A DNA stretch of 64,000 nucleotides from Clostridiales bacterium (GTDB lineage Bacteria > Bacillota > Clostridia > Saccharofermentanales > Saccharofermentanaceae). Made by a program: the position numbers and the translations under genes. A model generated the notes under the pieces. The model was not told where the DNA came from. It saw only the letters and a program-made list of their open reading frames with translations, and did not search any database. The first letter of the stretch is position 1. Each line of letters begins with the position of its first letter. The stretch lies in the NCBI GenBank assembly GCA_017617525.1, contig JAFZWA010000064.1:325-64324 (forward strand), written 5' to 3'. Positions 34,264 through 44,947 of the stretch are shown here, piece by piece.

Positions 34264-35466
34264 ATGATGGATATTTCGCATAGAAAAGTCAGTAAGAAAG
34301 TGCTTTTCACGGATAATGAGGGAAAAGCACTTGCAAATAAAGAGATCCGTGTCAGCCAGACGAACCATGAGTTCCTTTTCGGCTGCGGCGCGTTTGATTT
34401 TCTTCCCTATGTAACGATGGGAGCGACGGAGCTTCAGGATGCGATCGACAAGTGGCTCGCGGTATTTAACTACGCGACACTTCCTTTTTACTGGGGACGC
34501 TTTGAGCCCGAGGAGGGAAAGCCGGATACGGAAAAACTCATGCAGGTGGCGAAATATCTGAAAGAAATGAACGTCAAGGTCAAGGGTCATCCGCTCTGCT
34601 GGCATACGGTCTGCGCGGACTGGCTCATGAAGTACGATAATGAGACGATCATGAAAAAGCAGCTCGAAAGGATCGATCGTGAAGTAGCCGGTTTTAAGGG
34701 CGTGATCGACATGTGGGACGTCATCAACGAAGTTGTTATCATGCCGATCTTCGACAAGTACGATAACGCGGTCACCAGGATCTGTAACGAGTACGGAAGA
34801 GTGCCGCTTGTCAAGGCGGTTTTTGATGAAGCGCACGCGAATAATCCGGACGCGATCCTTCTTTTGAACGACTTTAACACTTCCGAGAAGTACGCGGAAC
34901 TGATCGAGGGCTGCCTCGACGCGGGCGTTCCGATCACTGCGATCGGCATCCAGTCGCATCAGCATCAGGGATTCTGGGGAAGAGAAAAGCTCGAAGAAGT
35001 GCTCACGCGCTTTGAAAGATTCGGACTTCCGATCCACTTTACGGAAAACACCCTGATCTCCGGCGAGATCATGCCCGCTTATATCGAAGATCTCAACGAC
35101 TGGCAGGTCGATGAGTGGCCGAGTACACCGGAAGGTGAGGAGCGCCAGGCAAGAGAGATCGAAGAGATGTACCGTGTCCTGTTCTCGCATCCGCTTGTAA
35201 AGGCGATCACGACTTGGGACTATAGAGACGGCGCGTGGCTGAAGGCTCCGAGCGGATTCCTCCGCCTGGATAATTCCGTGAAGCCTTCCTACACTATGCT
35301 GAAAAACCTTGTTCGTGGCGAATGGTGGACGGATACGACTGTCAGAACCGATGCTGCCGGATACGCCGTGATCGACGCTTTTAAGGGCGATTACAAGCTT
35401 TCTTCCGAAGGAAAAGAAGCAACGGCCGTCTTTGCTGACGATACTGAAATAACGGTAAAACTTTAA
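34264..35466 (+). CDS. Glycoside hydrolase family 10-like (xylanase family)
   Basis: WDVINE acid/base-type motif and IHFTEN nucleophile-type motif with TIM-barrel length. The second ATG at 34267 has better SD spacing. Confidence 0.7.
   Translation: MMDISHRKVSKKVLFTDNEGKALANKEIRVSQTNHEFLFGCGAFDFLPYVTMGATELQDAIDKWLAVFNYATLPFYWGRFEPEEGKPDTEKLMQVAKYLKEMNVKVKGHPLCWHTVCADWLMKYDNETIMKKQLERIDREVAGFKGVIDMWDVINEVVIMPIFDKYDNAVTRICNEYGRVPLVKAVFDEAHANNPDAILLLNDFNTSEKYAELIEGCLDAGVPITAIGIQSHQHQGFWGREKLEEVLTRFERFGLPIHFTENTLISGEIMPAYIEDLNDWQVDEWPSTPEGEERQAREIEEMYRVLFSHPLVKAITTWDYRDGAWLKAPSGFLRLDNSVKPSYTMLKNLVRGEWWTDTTVRTDAAGYAVIDAFKGDYKLSSEGKEATAVFADDTEITVKL
34298..34332. repeat. Perfect 11-bp inverted repeat made of two copies of the dispersed word, inside the first 70 nt of the GH10 CDS
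   Basis: AAGTGCTTTTC (34298-34308), 13-nt loop, GAAAAGCACTT (34322-34332). Confidence 0.9.
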
Positions 35467-35520
35467 TACGAAAAGACCTCTACTTCTAGATTTTGTCATC
35501 TGTTTATAGCACATGCGTTT

Positions 35521-35529
35521 TGCTATAAT
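35521..35529 (+). promoter_or_regulatory. Extended -10 promoter element upstream of the zinc-ribbon membrane protein gene
   Basis: TGCTATAAT, located 53 nt upstream of ATG 35582. Confidence 0.6.
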
Positions 35530-35581
35530 CGTGTATGGGAAACAAAGGTGCTTTTTTGGCACGAAGTGGAGGTATTTTTTT

Positions 35582-36001
35582 ATGAAGATCTGTCCGAAAT
35601 GTGACGCGCAGAATCCTAATACGGCGCCGGTCTGTAAGAACTGTGGAGCGAACCTTAACGAGACTCCGACGATCGATGATGCTGTCGTAAAGGACGAGAA
35701 ACCTCCGTATCACCTCGGGCTTTCGCTTTTCCTTTTTATCGTGTCATTTATCGCGTCTGCCGCTAAGTATGCTCTAGACCTCGACATGGAATATCTCGAT
35801 ATCTCCGAACCGCGTCATATTATCTATTTCATCGCGGTCATCATCAGCGTCGTAACCTGCGTATTCGGCTTTGTCTGCCTGAAAGGTGTCTTTAAGAAAA
35901 AGACGAGCCTTCCGGGAATCGGTATCCTCGCGATCCTGGTCGGTGTTGTTTGCGCGGTCCTCGTTCTCATGGATATCCTTTCGATCATTCTGATGCTCTG
36001 A
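35582..36001 (+). CDS. Zinc-ribbon domain membrane protein
   Basis: MKICPKCDAQNPNTAPVCKNCG followed by three TM helices. Start at ATG 35582 behind GGAGG. Confidence 0.65.
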   Translation: MKICPKCDAQNPNTAPVCKNCGANLNETPTIDDAVVKDEKPPYHLGLSLFLFIVSFIASAAKYALDLDMEYLDISEPRHIIYFIAVIISVVTCVFGFVCLKGVFKKKTSLPGIGILAILVGVVCAVLVLMDILSIILML

Positions 36002-36033
36002 TCTCATAACGGTTTTCGGCTTTCATCGGGGGA

Positions 36034-37920
36034 ATGACAATGCAGAGAGTATCTCTTCAAAATGTGCACATCAAAGATCCTCTTTGGATCGAAGCAATGA
36101 CTAAGAACTTCACGTTCCTTTCCGAAATGGACGATGAACGTGTTCTTTCCGGATTTCGAAAGACCGCCGGTATTCCTACGGAAAAAGAACCCTACGGCTT
36201 TTGGGAAAATAGTCTGATCGCGGGACACGCGGTGGGACATTACTTTTCCGCGCTCGCGATGGCGATCTGTGTTCTTTCCGGAAGTGATCCTGCTTCCGAA
36301 CTTCTTTCCGATTATAAACGCAAAGCAGATACGATCGTAATGGGGCTTCGTGAATGCCAGAAGAGCCTCGGAAACGGCTTTTTAAGCGCCGCGACGATCC
36401 AGGATCCCGCGAATGTGGAGATCCAGTTCGACGCGCTGGAAGGAAAAGAAGAGGCGCAGACATGGGTGCCGTGGTATGCCTTCCATAAAGTTCTGCAGGG
36501 ACTGATCGATCTTTGGAAATACAGTCATACGGAAGGCGCGAAGGAAGCTGCGATTGATCTTGCCGACTGGGTCGTTGCCCGCGTTGGTAAGTGGGATGAT
36601 GAGATGAAGAGAAAAGTGCTTTCCGTGGAGTACGGCGGCATGAACGATTCTCTGTATCAGCTTTGGAGACTTCTGAAAGAAGAGGATCCCGAAAAGGCGG
36701 AGACGTATAAACTTGCGGCCCAAAAGTTTGATGAGCCGAAGCTTTATAAGGATCTTCTGGGATTTAGAAACCGCCTCAGAGGAGTGCACGCCAATGCCAC
36801 GATCCCGAAGTTTCTCGGGTATCTTCAGGGATATGAAGATCCGTCTGACGAAAAGGTCGTTCTTTCCCAAAAGTTCTGGGATCTCGTCGTATCCCGACAT
36901 ACCTACGCGACAGGCGGTATCGGTGATATGGAGCACTTCTTCGAGGATGGGATGCTCGATGCCTCAAGGACCCAGTGCAATGCCGAAAGCTGCTGCTGTT
37001 ATAACATGATGAAGCTCTCCCAGATGCTTTTTGAGATCACGGGAGAAAGAAAATATCTCGATTATATTGAAAAAGCACTTTGGAACGCCAAGCTCGGATC
37101 CGTCGGTCCTTCGGGCGGTTATACCTACTTTAACCCGATGGGAACCGGATACTATCGCTTGTATTCTCCTTCCGAACCTTCGAAGAATCCGTTTTGGTGC
37201 TGTGTCGGCACCGGCCTTGAAGACTTTGCTAAGATCGGCGATCAGATCTTCTATGAGGAGAACGGGGTAGTGACGATCGCTCAGTGGATCTCATCTGAAC
37301 TGGTTTTGGGAAACGGTGATCAGATCAAAATCAGCGTTGACTATAAGAGAGGAAAACTCTCTTTGTCCGTAACCGGAAATGAGGATAAGAAGATCCGTCT
37401 TCGCATCCCGGACTGGCTTATAAACAGAGATGAGATCGTTTCGGAAAACGAGGATTACAAGTGCTTTTCGATCCGTCCGAATGAGATAAAAATGATCGAT
37501 TTTACTATGAAACTTCAGATGCTTTCGCTCTCGGATAATTCCGATGTCATCGGCTTTTCCTATGGCCCGTTTGTGCTCTGTGTCCCGCTCGGAAATGAGA
37601 AGTGGGGAATTTCGACAGGCGCCGGTATCGATGTTTATGCGCCTGCCTGGAAAAGCGTTTTCGGGGCATCGGTCAAGAGTGATATCACTTACGGAAAAAC
37701 GAATAAAGCGATCCTGGATCGAGAGTTCCTGAAACTTCCCAAAGGTGAGACGATCGAGTCTTTCCGAAGTGACTTTGAAACATACATCCAAAAGAACGGG
37801 GATCTCAGTTTCACACTCGAAGGATTCTTCGACTTCGAAGGAAAGTCCGTGAAACTTGATCTTGTCCCTTACTATGGTATGGGCAACGAAAGATACGGCA
37901 TCTACTGGTACGTGGAATAA
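36034..37920 (+). CDS. Glycoside hydrolase family 127 (beta-L-arabinofuranosidase, DUF1680)-like
   Basis: 628 aa. The N-terminus VSLQNVHIKDPLW, AGHAVGHYFSAL, and the Cys-rich CCCYNMMKL...FWCCVGTG are typical of GH127. The alternative start at 36040 has better SD spacing. Confidence 0.78.
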   Translation: MTMQRVSLQNVHIKDPLWIEAMTKNFTFLSEMDDERVLSGFRKTAGIPTEKEPYGFWENSLIAGHAVGHYFSALAMAICVLSGSDPASELLSDYKRKADTIVMGLRECQKSLGNGFLSAATIQDPANVEIQFDALEGKEEAQTWVPWYAFHKVLQGLIDLWKYSHTEGAKEAAIDLADWVVARVGKWDDEMKRKVLSVEYGGMNDSLYQLWRLLKEEDPEKAETYKLAAQKFDEPKLYKDLLGFRNRLRGVHANATIPKFLGYLQGYEDPSDEKVVLSQKFWDLVVSRHTYATGGIGDMEHFFEDGMLDASRTQCNAESCCCYNMMKLSQMLFEITGERKYLDYIEKALWNAKLGSVGPSGGYTYFNPMGTGYYRLYSPSEPSKNPFWCCVGTGLEDFAKIGDQIFYEENGVVTIAQWISSELVLGNGDQIKISVDYKRGKLSLSVTGNEDKKIRLRIPDWLINRDEIVSENEDYKCFSIRPNEIKMIDFTMKLQMLSLSDNSDVIGFSYGPFVLCVPLGNEKWGISTGAGIDVYAPAWKSVFGASVKSDITYGKTNKAILDREFLKLPKGETIESFRSDFETYIQKNGDLSFTLEGFFDFEGKSVKLDLVPYYGMGNERYGIYWYVE

Positions 37921-37943
37921 GTGCTTTGAAAGGACAGTAATCG

Positions 37944-38822
37944 ATGCATTTTGTGGACGCGAAAGGAATACTTACGGGCAGTTCGAAAAGCTGCGGGATG
38001 AATATCTACCGTGGCTGCACGCACGGCTGTATCTATTGCGACAGCAGAAGCGCATGCTATCAGTTTACCCATCCTTTTGAAGATATCGAGGTCAAGCAGA
38101 ACGCGCCGATCCTTTTGGAAAACGCGCTTCGCAGCAAAAGAAAGAAATGCATGATCGGAACCGGTTCGATGTCTGATCCGTATATGCATTGCGAGCAGGA
38201 ATTAAGACTTACCCGAAAGTGTCTGGAAGTGATCTCGAAATACGGATTCGGACTGGCGATCCAGACCAAGTCCGATCGGATCTTAGATGATATCGATCTT
38301 CTCGATGAGATCAATCAGAAGAGTAAGTGCGTCGTGCAGATGACACTTACTACATATGATGACGATCTTTGTAAGATCTTAGAACCGAATGTCTGTAACA
38401 CCAAGCGCAGGATCGAAGTGCTCGAAATCATGAAGGAGCGAGGAATTCCGACGATCGTATGGCTGACACCGATCCTTCCTTTCATTAACGATACGGAGGA
38501 GAACGTAAGCGCGATCCTTGACGCGTGTGTCAAAACAAAGGTCAAAGGTGTCATCGATTTCGGTATGGGACTGACTCTTCGAGAAGGCGACAGAGAGTAT
38601 TTCTATGCGGCTCTGGATAAGCATTTTCCGGGCATGAAAGAAAAGTATATCGCCCGATACGGAAACTCCTACGAAGTACCGAGTCCGAATTCGAGAAAAC
38701 TGATGGCGCTACTAAGGGACGTCTGCCGTGAGAATAACATCATGTGTACCCCGGACGAGTGCTTTTCGTATATGCATGAATTCCCGGAAAAATATACGCA
38801 GATGAGCCTGTTTGACTTGTAA
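37944..38822 (+). CDS. Radical SAM protein, SplB/COG1533-like
   Basis: CTHGCIYC cluster motif near the N-terminus, 292 aa. Confidence 0.75.
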   Translation: MHFVDAKGILTGSSKSCGMNIYRGCTHGCIYCDSRSACYQFTHPFEDIEVKQNAPILLENALRSKRKKCMIGTGSMSDPYMHCEQELRLTRKCLEVISKYGFGLAIQTKSDRILDDIDLLDEINQKSKCVVQMTLTTYDDDLCKILEPNVCNTKRRIEVLEIMKERGIPTIVWLTPILPFINDTEENVSAILDACVKTKVKGVIDFGMGLTLREGDREYFYAALDKHFPGMKEKYIARYGNSYEVPSPNSRKLMALLRDVCRENNIMCTPDECFSYMHEFPEKYTQMSLFDL

Positions 38823-38927
38823 TTTCTAAAGAAAAGGTAAATTTGCATCGTTCTTTGTTGACGTGCCATAAGGTATTTAAATACTATTAATGTGGCAAAA
38901 ACGGAATTAGAAACAGAGGACGAAAAT

Positions 38928-41645
38928 ATGCTTCAGATCAAAGACATTTCCAAAGAATACATCACGGGTGAACTTCATCAGAAAGCCCTCGACGGATTAA
39001 GCCTCAATCTTCGCGATAATGAGTTTGTCGCGATCTTAGGACCCAGCGGCTCGGGTAAGACGACGCTTCTGAATATCATCGGAGGTCTTGACCGATATGA
39101 CAGCGGTGACCTCATCATCGACGGTATTTCCACGAAAAAGTACAAGCACAGAGACTGGGATTCCTACAGAAACCACACGATCGGATTTGTATTTCAAAGC
39201 TATAACCTGATTCCTCACCAGTCGATCCTTTCCAATGTCGAACTGGCGTTGACCATCTCCGGTATTTCCAGAGGTGAGAGAAAAAAGAGAGCGAAAGAAG
39301 CCTTAACGAAAGTCGGACTGGGCGATCAGATCCATAAGCGTCCGAACCAGATGTCCGGCGGACAGATGCAGCGTGTCGCGATCGCGCGTGCGCTCGTGAA
39401 TGACCCGAAGATCCTTCTGGCCGATGAACCGACAGGCGCTCTGGATACAGAGACCAGCATCCAGGTCATGGACCTTTTGAAAGAGGTCGCCAAGGACCGT
39501 CTGGTCGTTATGGTCACGCATAACCCGGAACTTGCCGAAACCTATGCCACACGTATCGTAAAGCTCCGTGACGGCCGCATTACCGACGATTCTGATCCGT
39601 ATATCGTCGATGAGTCTTCTATGGAAGAAGCCACACATAAGAACATGGGCAAAGCTTCCATGTCTTTCCTGACGGCATTATCTCTGAGCTTTAATAACCT
39701 TCGTACGAAGAAAGGAAGAACGATCCTCACATCGTTTGCGGGATCGATCGGTATCATCGGTATCGCGCTGATCCTTTCGCTTTCTAACGGCGTAAATACG
39801 TATATTGAGAAAGTGCAGAAGGAGACCATGACTTCGTATCCGATCACGATCGAAGCAACGGCTTTGGATATTGCCACGATCCTTGAGATGGATGACGGCG
39901 GCAGTTCAAAAACAGGCGAAGAGCATGAGTCTGACGGTGTGTATGTCGACAACTCAACATTTGAGATGGCATCCTCTATCAAATCAAATGTTAAACACAA
40001 TAACCTCACCGAGTTCAAGAAATACCTGGACGATCCGAACAGTGAGATCCATGATTATGTCGGTGAGAACGGCATCATCTACACATATTATGTACCGTTC
40101 AGCGTATTCTCTTATGATCCGGACGGAGAACTGATCAATCTAGACGGTTCCAATCTGAGAGAAGAACAGGGAAGAGGAAGAAACAATAACAGCATGATGG
40201 AAGGTCTCCTTTCCACGCCATCCGTTGAGAATATGCAGGAGATCATGACAGGTGCGGACGGTTCTCTTGTAAGTGAAACGGTCAAGGAGAACTATGATCT
40301 TTTGTACGGTGAATGGCCGGATGCTTACGATGAGGTCATCCTCGTTCTTGATAAAAACAACGAGATCAGCGCTTATGATCTTTATTCCATGGGTCTTCTT
40401 CCGAGAGAAGCCTTCAGAGAGATCCAGAAAAAACTGAATGCCGAAGAAGAACTCCACTTTGACGTACAGAAACTTGATTATGAAACGACACTTTCTCATG
40501 AGTTCTATCTGATTCCTGCGAGTGATCAGTATGTGAAGGCGGAGAGTGGATTTTATGACCAGATCGTGTTTGGTGATAAGGAATTCGACGCGATCCTGAA
40601 TTCCGCGATCCCGTTGAAAGTGACCGGCGTTGTACGCCCGGCTGACGGTTCCGAATTCACTCCGTTATCCGAGCCGATCGGTTATACCAGAGATCTGACT
40701 GAATACCTGATCTCTTACGCGGAAGCCAGTGACCTGATCAAGGATCAGATGGCATCTCCCGACAACAGCGTCATCAACGGCGCGAAGTTCTCTCCGTCCG
40801 ATGACGCGGCCAAGATCGAAGACTGCAAAAACTATCTGTCCAAGATCTCGACAAAAGAGAAGGCGGATATCCTTCGTGACATGATGTCCATGTACGGTGG
40901 CGCAAATGACGATGAGATGCTCAATATGTCCGATGTGGAACTTGCGCAGATGATGGATATGTATCTTTCGCAGGCAGGCGAGGATATGGATGAACAGCTC
41001 CTCATGATCTACGACAGTTACATCGCGGTCGGCACCTTTGAAGAGAATCTGGAGAGCTTCGGTTATGTAAACCGTGATACACCGACGGCGATCAATATCT
41101 ACGCGGACAGTTTTCAGGGAAAAGAAGGTATTACGGACAGTATCGACAAATATAACGAAACAGCGGCGGAAGGTGACAAGATCACTTATACCGACTACAT
41201 CGGATTACTGCTTTCTTCCGTAACAACGATCGTCAATGTCATCTCATATGTCCTGATCGCGTTTGTTGCCGTATCTCTGGTCGTATCTTCGATCATGATC
41301 GGTATCATCACTTATATCTCCGTTCTCGAAAGAACAAAGGAGATCGGTATCCTTCGCGCGATCGGTGCCTCGAAGAGAAACATCTCTCAGGTATTCAACG
41401 CGGAGACATTTATCATCGGCTTCCTGGCAGGTGTGCTCGGTATCGTTGTCACATTACTGCTCCTGATACCGGGCAACATGATCATTCACTCGATCGCCGG
41501 CTCAACCGATGTTAACGCGAGCCTTCCGATCGTCGGTGCGATCGTCCTGATCGCGTTAAGTACGATCCTGACTTTGATCGGCGGATTCATCCCGTCGAAA
41601 AAAGCCGCGAAGAAAGATCCTGTCGCGGCTTTGAGATCAGAGTAA
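38928..41645 (+). CDS. Fused ABC transporter ATP-binding/FtsX permease protein (MacB-type)
   Basis: Walker [35 protein letters not shown], then a large extracytoplasmic domain and C-terminal FtsX TM helices. ATG 38928 behind GAGGA; the track starts at GTG 38892. Confidence 0.88.
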   Translation: MLQIKDISKEYITGELHQKALDGLSLNLRDNEFVAILGPSGSGKTTLLNIIGGLDRYDSGDLIIDGISTKKYKHRDWDSYRNHTIGFVFQSYNLIPHQSILSNVELALTISGISRGERKKRAKEALTKVGLGDQIHKRPNQMSGGQMQRVAIARALVNDPKILLADEPTGALDTETSIQVMDLLKEVAKDRLVVMVTHNPELAETYATRIVKLRDGRITDDSDPYIVDESSMEEATHKNMGKASMSFLTALSLSFNNLRTKKGRTILTSFAGSIGIIGIALILSLSNGVNTYIEKVQKETMTSYPITIEATALDIATILEMDDGGSSKTGEEHESDGVYVDNSTFEMASSIKSNVKHNNLTEFKKYLDDPNSEIHDYVGENGIIYTYYVPFSVFSYDPDGELINLDGSNLREEQGRGRNNNSMMEGLLSTPSVENMQEIMTGADGSLVSETVKENYDLLYGEWPDAYDEVILVLDKNNEISAYDLYSMGLLPREAFREIQKKLNAEEELHFDVQKLDYETTLSHEFYLIPASDQYVKAESGFYDQIVFGDKEFDAILNSAIPLKVTGVVRPADGSEFTPLSEPIGYTRDLTEYLISYAEASDLIKDQMASPDNSVINGAKFSPSDDAAKIEDCKNYLSKISTKEKADILRDMMSMYGGANDDEMLNMSDVELAQMMDMYLSQAGEDMDEQLLMIYDSYIAVGTFEENLESFGYVNRDTPTAINIYADSFQGKEGITDSIDKYNETAAEGDKITYTDYIGLLLSSVTTIVNVISYVLIAFVAVSLVVSSIMIGIITYISVLERTKEIGILRAIGASKRNISQVFNAETFIIGFLAGVLGIVVTLLLLIPGNMIIHSIAGSTDVNASLPIVGAIVLIALSTILTLIGGFIPSKKAAKKDPVAALRSE

Positions 41646-41651
41646 CGGGAT

Positions 41652-41662
41652 AGTGCTTTTCA
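41652..41662 (+). repeat. Dispersed word, intergenic copy
   Basis: AGTGCTTTTCA begins 7 nt after the fused ABC gene TAA stop. Confidence 0.9.
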
Positions 41663-41684
41663 AAACAGAATATCCTTAAAGCAC
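41653..41684. repeat. Inverted pair of word copies after the fused ABC gene stop
   Basis: GTGCTTT (41653-41659), 18-nt loop, AAAGCAC (41678-41684). Confidence 0.8.
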
Positions 41685-41815
41685 AGAAGAGGCTCGTTTT
41701 TATCGAAGTCCCGGCTCTCCCAGGCGTCCTTTGCATTATTTCACACATGCGAAAAGGGGTTATTTGAGCGTGTGATATAATTAATTAGTGGGTGATGATA
41801 AGAGAGGTAATAGTT

Positions 41816-42814
41816 ATGTTGGATATTGATAGAAACAATTCTCATACATTACAGGAACTTTTCGACTTCCTCAAAGGGAAGAAAGTCTATGTGCAGACGC
41901 ATAACTTCCCGGATCCTGACGCGATCGGCGCGGCATTCGGCCTTCAGCAGCTGCTTTTGCATTACGGTATCGAATCAACACTTTGCTATCACGGCAAGAT
42001 CGACCGCCTCAACACCCGAAAGATGGTCGAGTATCTAGGCATCGACATTTATTCCAAAGACGATATTACCGATATGGGAGAAAATGATCCCATTATATGC
42101 GTAGACTCGCAGAAAAACAGCGGAAATATAATCGATCTTCTCGGCGATGAAATTGCCTGTGTCGATCATCATCCTACAATGAATGAAGTGGGTTACTTCT
42201 ATAAAGATGTACGCATGGTAGGATCCTGCTGTACACAGGTCGCCTTGTACTTTATGGATCTCGGTATCATGCCCGATCAGAAGACAGGAACCGCTTTGAT
42301 GTTCGGTCTTCAGATGGACACGAACGGATTTACGAGAGGTGTTACGGACGACGATGTCCGGGCCTTCGGTTTCCTGCATCATATTGCCGATCCGGATGCG
42401 CTTGGAAGACTCGGACAGACTGAAATGGAGTTTACGGATCTTCGCGCGTATGGCGCCGCGATCTCGAGCACGCAGATCTTCGATAAGGTCGGGCTTGCGT
42501 TTATTCCTTTTGCCTGTCAGGACGCGCTGATCGCCATTACCTGTGACTTTATCCTTTCTCTGGATGAAGTCGATATCGCGATCGTTTATTCGAAGCGTCC
42601 CGACGGATACAAGATCTCCGTTCGCGCAGAGACTTTCCTCAATAATATCGACTGCGGTAAGATCGCCGCAAAAGCACTTGAAGGCATCGGAAACGGTGGC
42701 GGTCACCCGTATATGGCCGGCGGCTTTATTCCTACGGAAGGTGTAAAGGCACTTGGAAATAACCCGGATGAAGCCTTGATCGAGCGATTTTTGAAGGTGA
42801 TCGGAGAAGCATGA
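41816..42814 (+). CDS. DHH/DHHA1-family phosphoesterase (NrnA-like)
   Basis: HNFPDPDAIG, CVDHHPT (DHH) and GNGGGHPYMAGG (DHHA1 GGGH). Confidence 0.85.
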   Translation: MLDIDRNNSHTLQELFDFLKGKKVYVQTHNFPDPDAIGAAFGLQQLLLHYGIESTLCYHGKIDRLNTRKMVEYLGIDIYSKDDITDMGENDPIICVDSQKNSGNIIDLLGDEIACVDHHPTMNEVGYFYKDVRMVGSCCTQVALYFMDLGIMPDQKTGTALMFGLQMDTNGFTRGVTDDDVRAFGFLHHIADPDALGRLGQTEMEFTDLRAYGAAISSTQIFDKVGLAFIPFACQDALIAITCDFILSLDEVDIAIVYSKRPDGYKISVRAETFLNNIDCGKIAAKALEGIGNGGGHPYMAGGFIPTEGVKALGNNPDEALIERFLKVIGEA

Positions 42815-42818
42815 TCCT

Positions 42819-42980
42819 ATGTCGACCAAAGAAGAAAAACATCAGTTATATCTCAGACAAAAAGCCCTTCTCGATACTTTTCTCGAGAAGAAAGCCATTA
42901 CTCAGGCACAGTATAATAAGAGCCTTCATGATCTGACGGAGAAGATGGGAGAGGCTTCCTCGGAGGATAATAATGGATAA
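42819..42980 (+). CDS. Small hypothetical protein (53 aa), not in the ORF track
   Basis: ATG 42819 lies 5 nt after the DHH stop. Translation is MSTKEEKHQLYLRQKALLDTFLEKKAITQAQYNKSLHDLTEKMGEASSEDNNG. Its last codons contain the SD (GGAGG) and start codon of the next gene. Confidence 0.4.
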   Translation: MSTKEEKHQLYLRQKALLDTFLEKKAITQAQYNKSLHDLTEKMGEASSEDNNG

Positions 42981-43926
42981 CTCATCTTCTAACGTGATCT
43001 CAAAAAACAGACGCTTTTACGACGAAGAGGTCGCGGAACTGCTCCATTTCGGTTTTTCTGAATACGAATCCAGGATCGCCGTTGGTATCGCCGGAGAAGG
43101 TTCTGATTGCTTCGGCTACGATGACGCGATCTCAAGAGACCACGATTTCGGAACCGGTGTGTGCCTTTGGATCCCGACGGAAGACATGGATGAATACGGT
43201 GCCCGGTTGTATTCCGAGTACAACGCGCTTGTCGCGGAAAAAGAGCGCGCCTACTATACCGAGAGACTTAAAGAGAGAAGAGGAGTCATGACGATCCATG
43301 ACTTCTACTCGAATATCCTTCGCATCAACTGCCATACCGATACGTGCGAGATGACCGAAAAACAGTGGCTGACACTGGATCATTCGTGTCTCGCGACTGC
43401 CGTAAACGGCGAAGTATTCAGAGATGACCTCGGTCAGTTCACGGCCTTCCGCGAGCTTCTTCTGGGGTACTATCCGGAGCGTGTCTGGCGTGTCCGTATC
43501 GCCGAAAAGATGCACGAGTATTCGGCGTCACTTCAGGTCAATTACGCAAGATGCATGTCAAGGGAAGACTATGTCGCGGCCGAGATCTGTAAAGTCAGGG
43601 GACTGGAAGCCGCGATGGAGCTTTTTTACCTCTTGAAAAGAACTTATCCGCCGTACTATAAGTGGACTTTCCGTGCCATGAAGGGGCTGGATACAAAAGG
43701 CGATTTTACTTCCCATATCGCGGAACTTGCCGATACTCCGTGCAACAAGGAAGCCTGGGAAGACATGAAATATAAACCAAACCGCTTAAACTACAAAGAC
43801 AGGATCGTGTCTTTATCTGAAGATATCGGATATGACCTGACCGAGATGCTCAAAGAAGCGGGCTTTATTTCACGCATGAATCCGTATCTGGAATCTGACA
43901 TTAAGAAGATCCTGGGAGAGATCTGA
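42973..43926 (+). CDS. DUF4037-like nucleotidyltransferase-fold protein
   Basis: 317 aa with GIAGEGSDCFGYDDAISRDHDFG near the N-terminus. The family call is from memory of similar proteins. Confidence 0.5.
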   Translation: MDNSSSNVISKNRRFYDEEVAELLHFGFSEYESRIAVGIAGEGSDCFGYDDAISRDHDFGTGVCLWIPTEDMDEYGARLYSEYNALVAEKERAYYTERLKERRGVMTIHDFYSNILRINCHTDTCEMTEKQWLTLDHSCLATAVNGEVFRDDLGQFTAFRELLLGYYPERVWRVRIAEKMHEYSASLQVNYARCMSREDYVAAEICKVRGLEAAMELFYLLKRTYPPYYKWTFRAMKGLDTKGDFTSHIAELADTPCNKEAWEDMKYKPNRLNYKDRIVSLSEDIGYDLTEMLKEAGFISRMNPYLESDIKKILGEI

Positions 43927-43933
43927 TCGGTAT

Positions 43934-44947
43934 TTACGTTTCTTTTCCCGCGAGGATCTCCTTGTAGTCGACAAGGTTTTTTCTAAGAAGATTCGGGATA
44001 TCCAGTTCATAAGGACATCTGGTCTTGCAGAGCCCGCAGTCGACGCAGTCTTCGATCTTCATCATCTCATTGACCCAGTGATCGGTAAGCCAGTTTTGAG
44101 AAGGTGCTCTTCGGATCATCTGGCTCATTCGCGCGCACTGATTGATCGTGATGTCGACCGTACATGGCATACAGTAGCCGCATCCTCGGCAGAATTCGCC
44201 GAGCAGTTCTTTTCGATCGTTCTCGATAAAATCGCGGATCTCGTCCGTCATTCTAATATCCTTTTCGAAAAAACTCAGCCACTCGTCGAGCTCGGATTCT
44301 CTTTGGACACCCCAGATCGGAAGAACGTCGTAGTCGTTCATGAAAGCCATGCATGCCTCAGAGTTCGTAAGAAGTCCGCCGGAAAGGCCTTTCATCGCGA
44401 TAAAGCCCATATTCGCTTCGGCACAGTCTTTGACGAGCTGAATATCCCTGTCGGAAGCAAGATACGAGAACGGGAACTGAAGTGTCTCGTAAAGATCGCT
44501 TCGGACGATATCTTCCGCGACACCGATCTTATGCGCGGTGATACCGATATGACGGATCTTGCCCTGCTTTTTCGCCTCTTTCATGGCTTCGTAAAGTTCA
44601 TCGCCTTCGCCATAGCAGCGCGCGACGCAGTGCAGCTGGTAGATATCGATATAGTCGGTTTTCAGAAGATCCAGTGAAGTGTGAAGGTCCTCCCAGAACT
44701 TTTCTTTGGTGAGGGCCATGGTCTTAGATGAGATAAAGACCTTATCGCGCATACCATTAAAAGCCGCTCCGACTTTTTCTTCACTGTCGGAATAGGCTCT
44801 GGCGGTGTCAAAAAAACGCATCCCGCCGTCATAGGCTTTCCTTAAAAGTCTGACTGCGTCGTCTTTGCTGATGCGCTGGATCGGAAGCGCGCCGAAAGCA
44901 TTCTGAGGAACCGTGATCTCTGTTTTGCCAAGGGTGATTTGTCTCAT
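43934..44947 (-). CDS. Aldo/keto reductase with C-terminal 4Fe-4S cluster domain
   Basis: AKR N-terminus (FDTARAYSDSE) and C-terminal CRGCGYCMPC...CVDCGLCKTRCP. Confidence 0.85.
   Translation of the reverse strand: MRQITLGKTEITVPQNAFGALPIQRISKDDAVRLLRKAYDGGMRFFDTARAYSDSEEKVGAAFNGMRDKVFISSKTMALTKEKFWEDLHTSLDLLKTDYIDIYQLHCVARCYGEGDELYEAMKEAKKQGKIRHIGITAHKIGVAEDIVRSDLYETLQFPFSYLASDRDIQLVKDCAEANMGFIAMKGLSGGLLTNSEACMAFMNDYDVLPIWGVQRESELDEWLSFFEKDIRMTDEIRDFIENDRKELLGEFCRGCGYCMPCTVDITINQCARMSQMIRRAPSQNWLTDHWVNEMMKIEDCVDCGLCKTRCPYELDIPNLLRKNLVDYKEILAGKET

Noticed and set aside
34298-34332. Interpreting the word or its palindromic form GAAAAGTGCTTTTC as a CcpA cre site or an HrcA CIRCE element.
   Set aside because: cre requires a central CG and a TGxAA...TTxCA frame. 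CIRCE is TTAGCACTC-N9-GAGTGCTAA, with the opposite arm order. Most copies are single asymmetric words, and they occur next to unrelated housekeeping genes.
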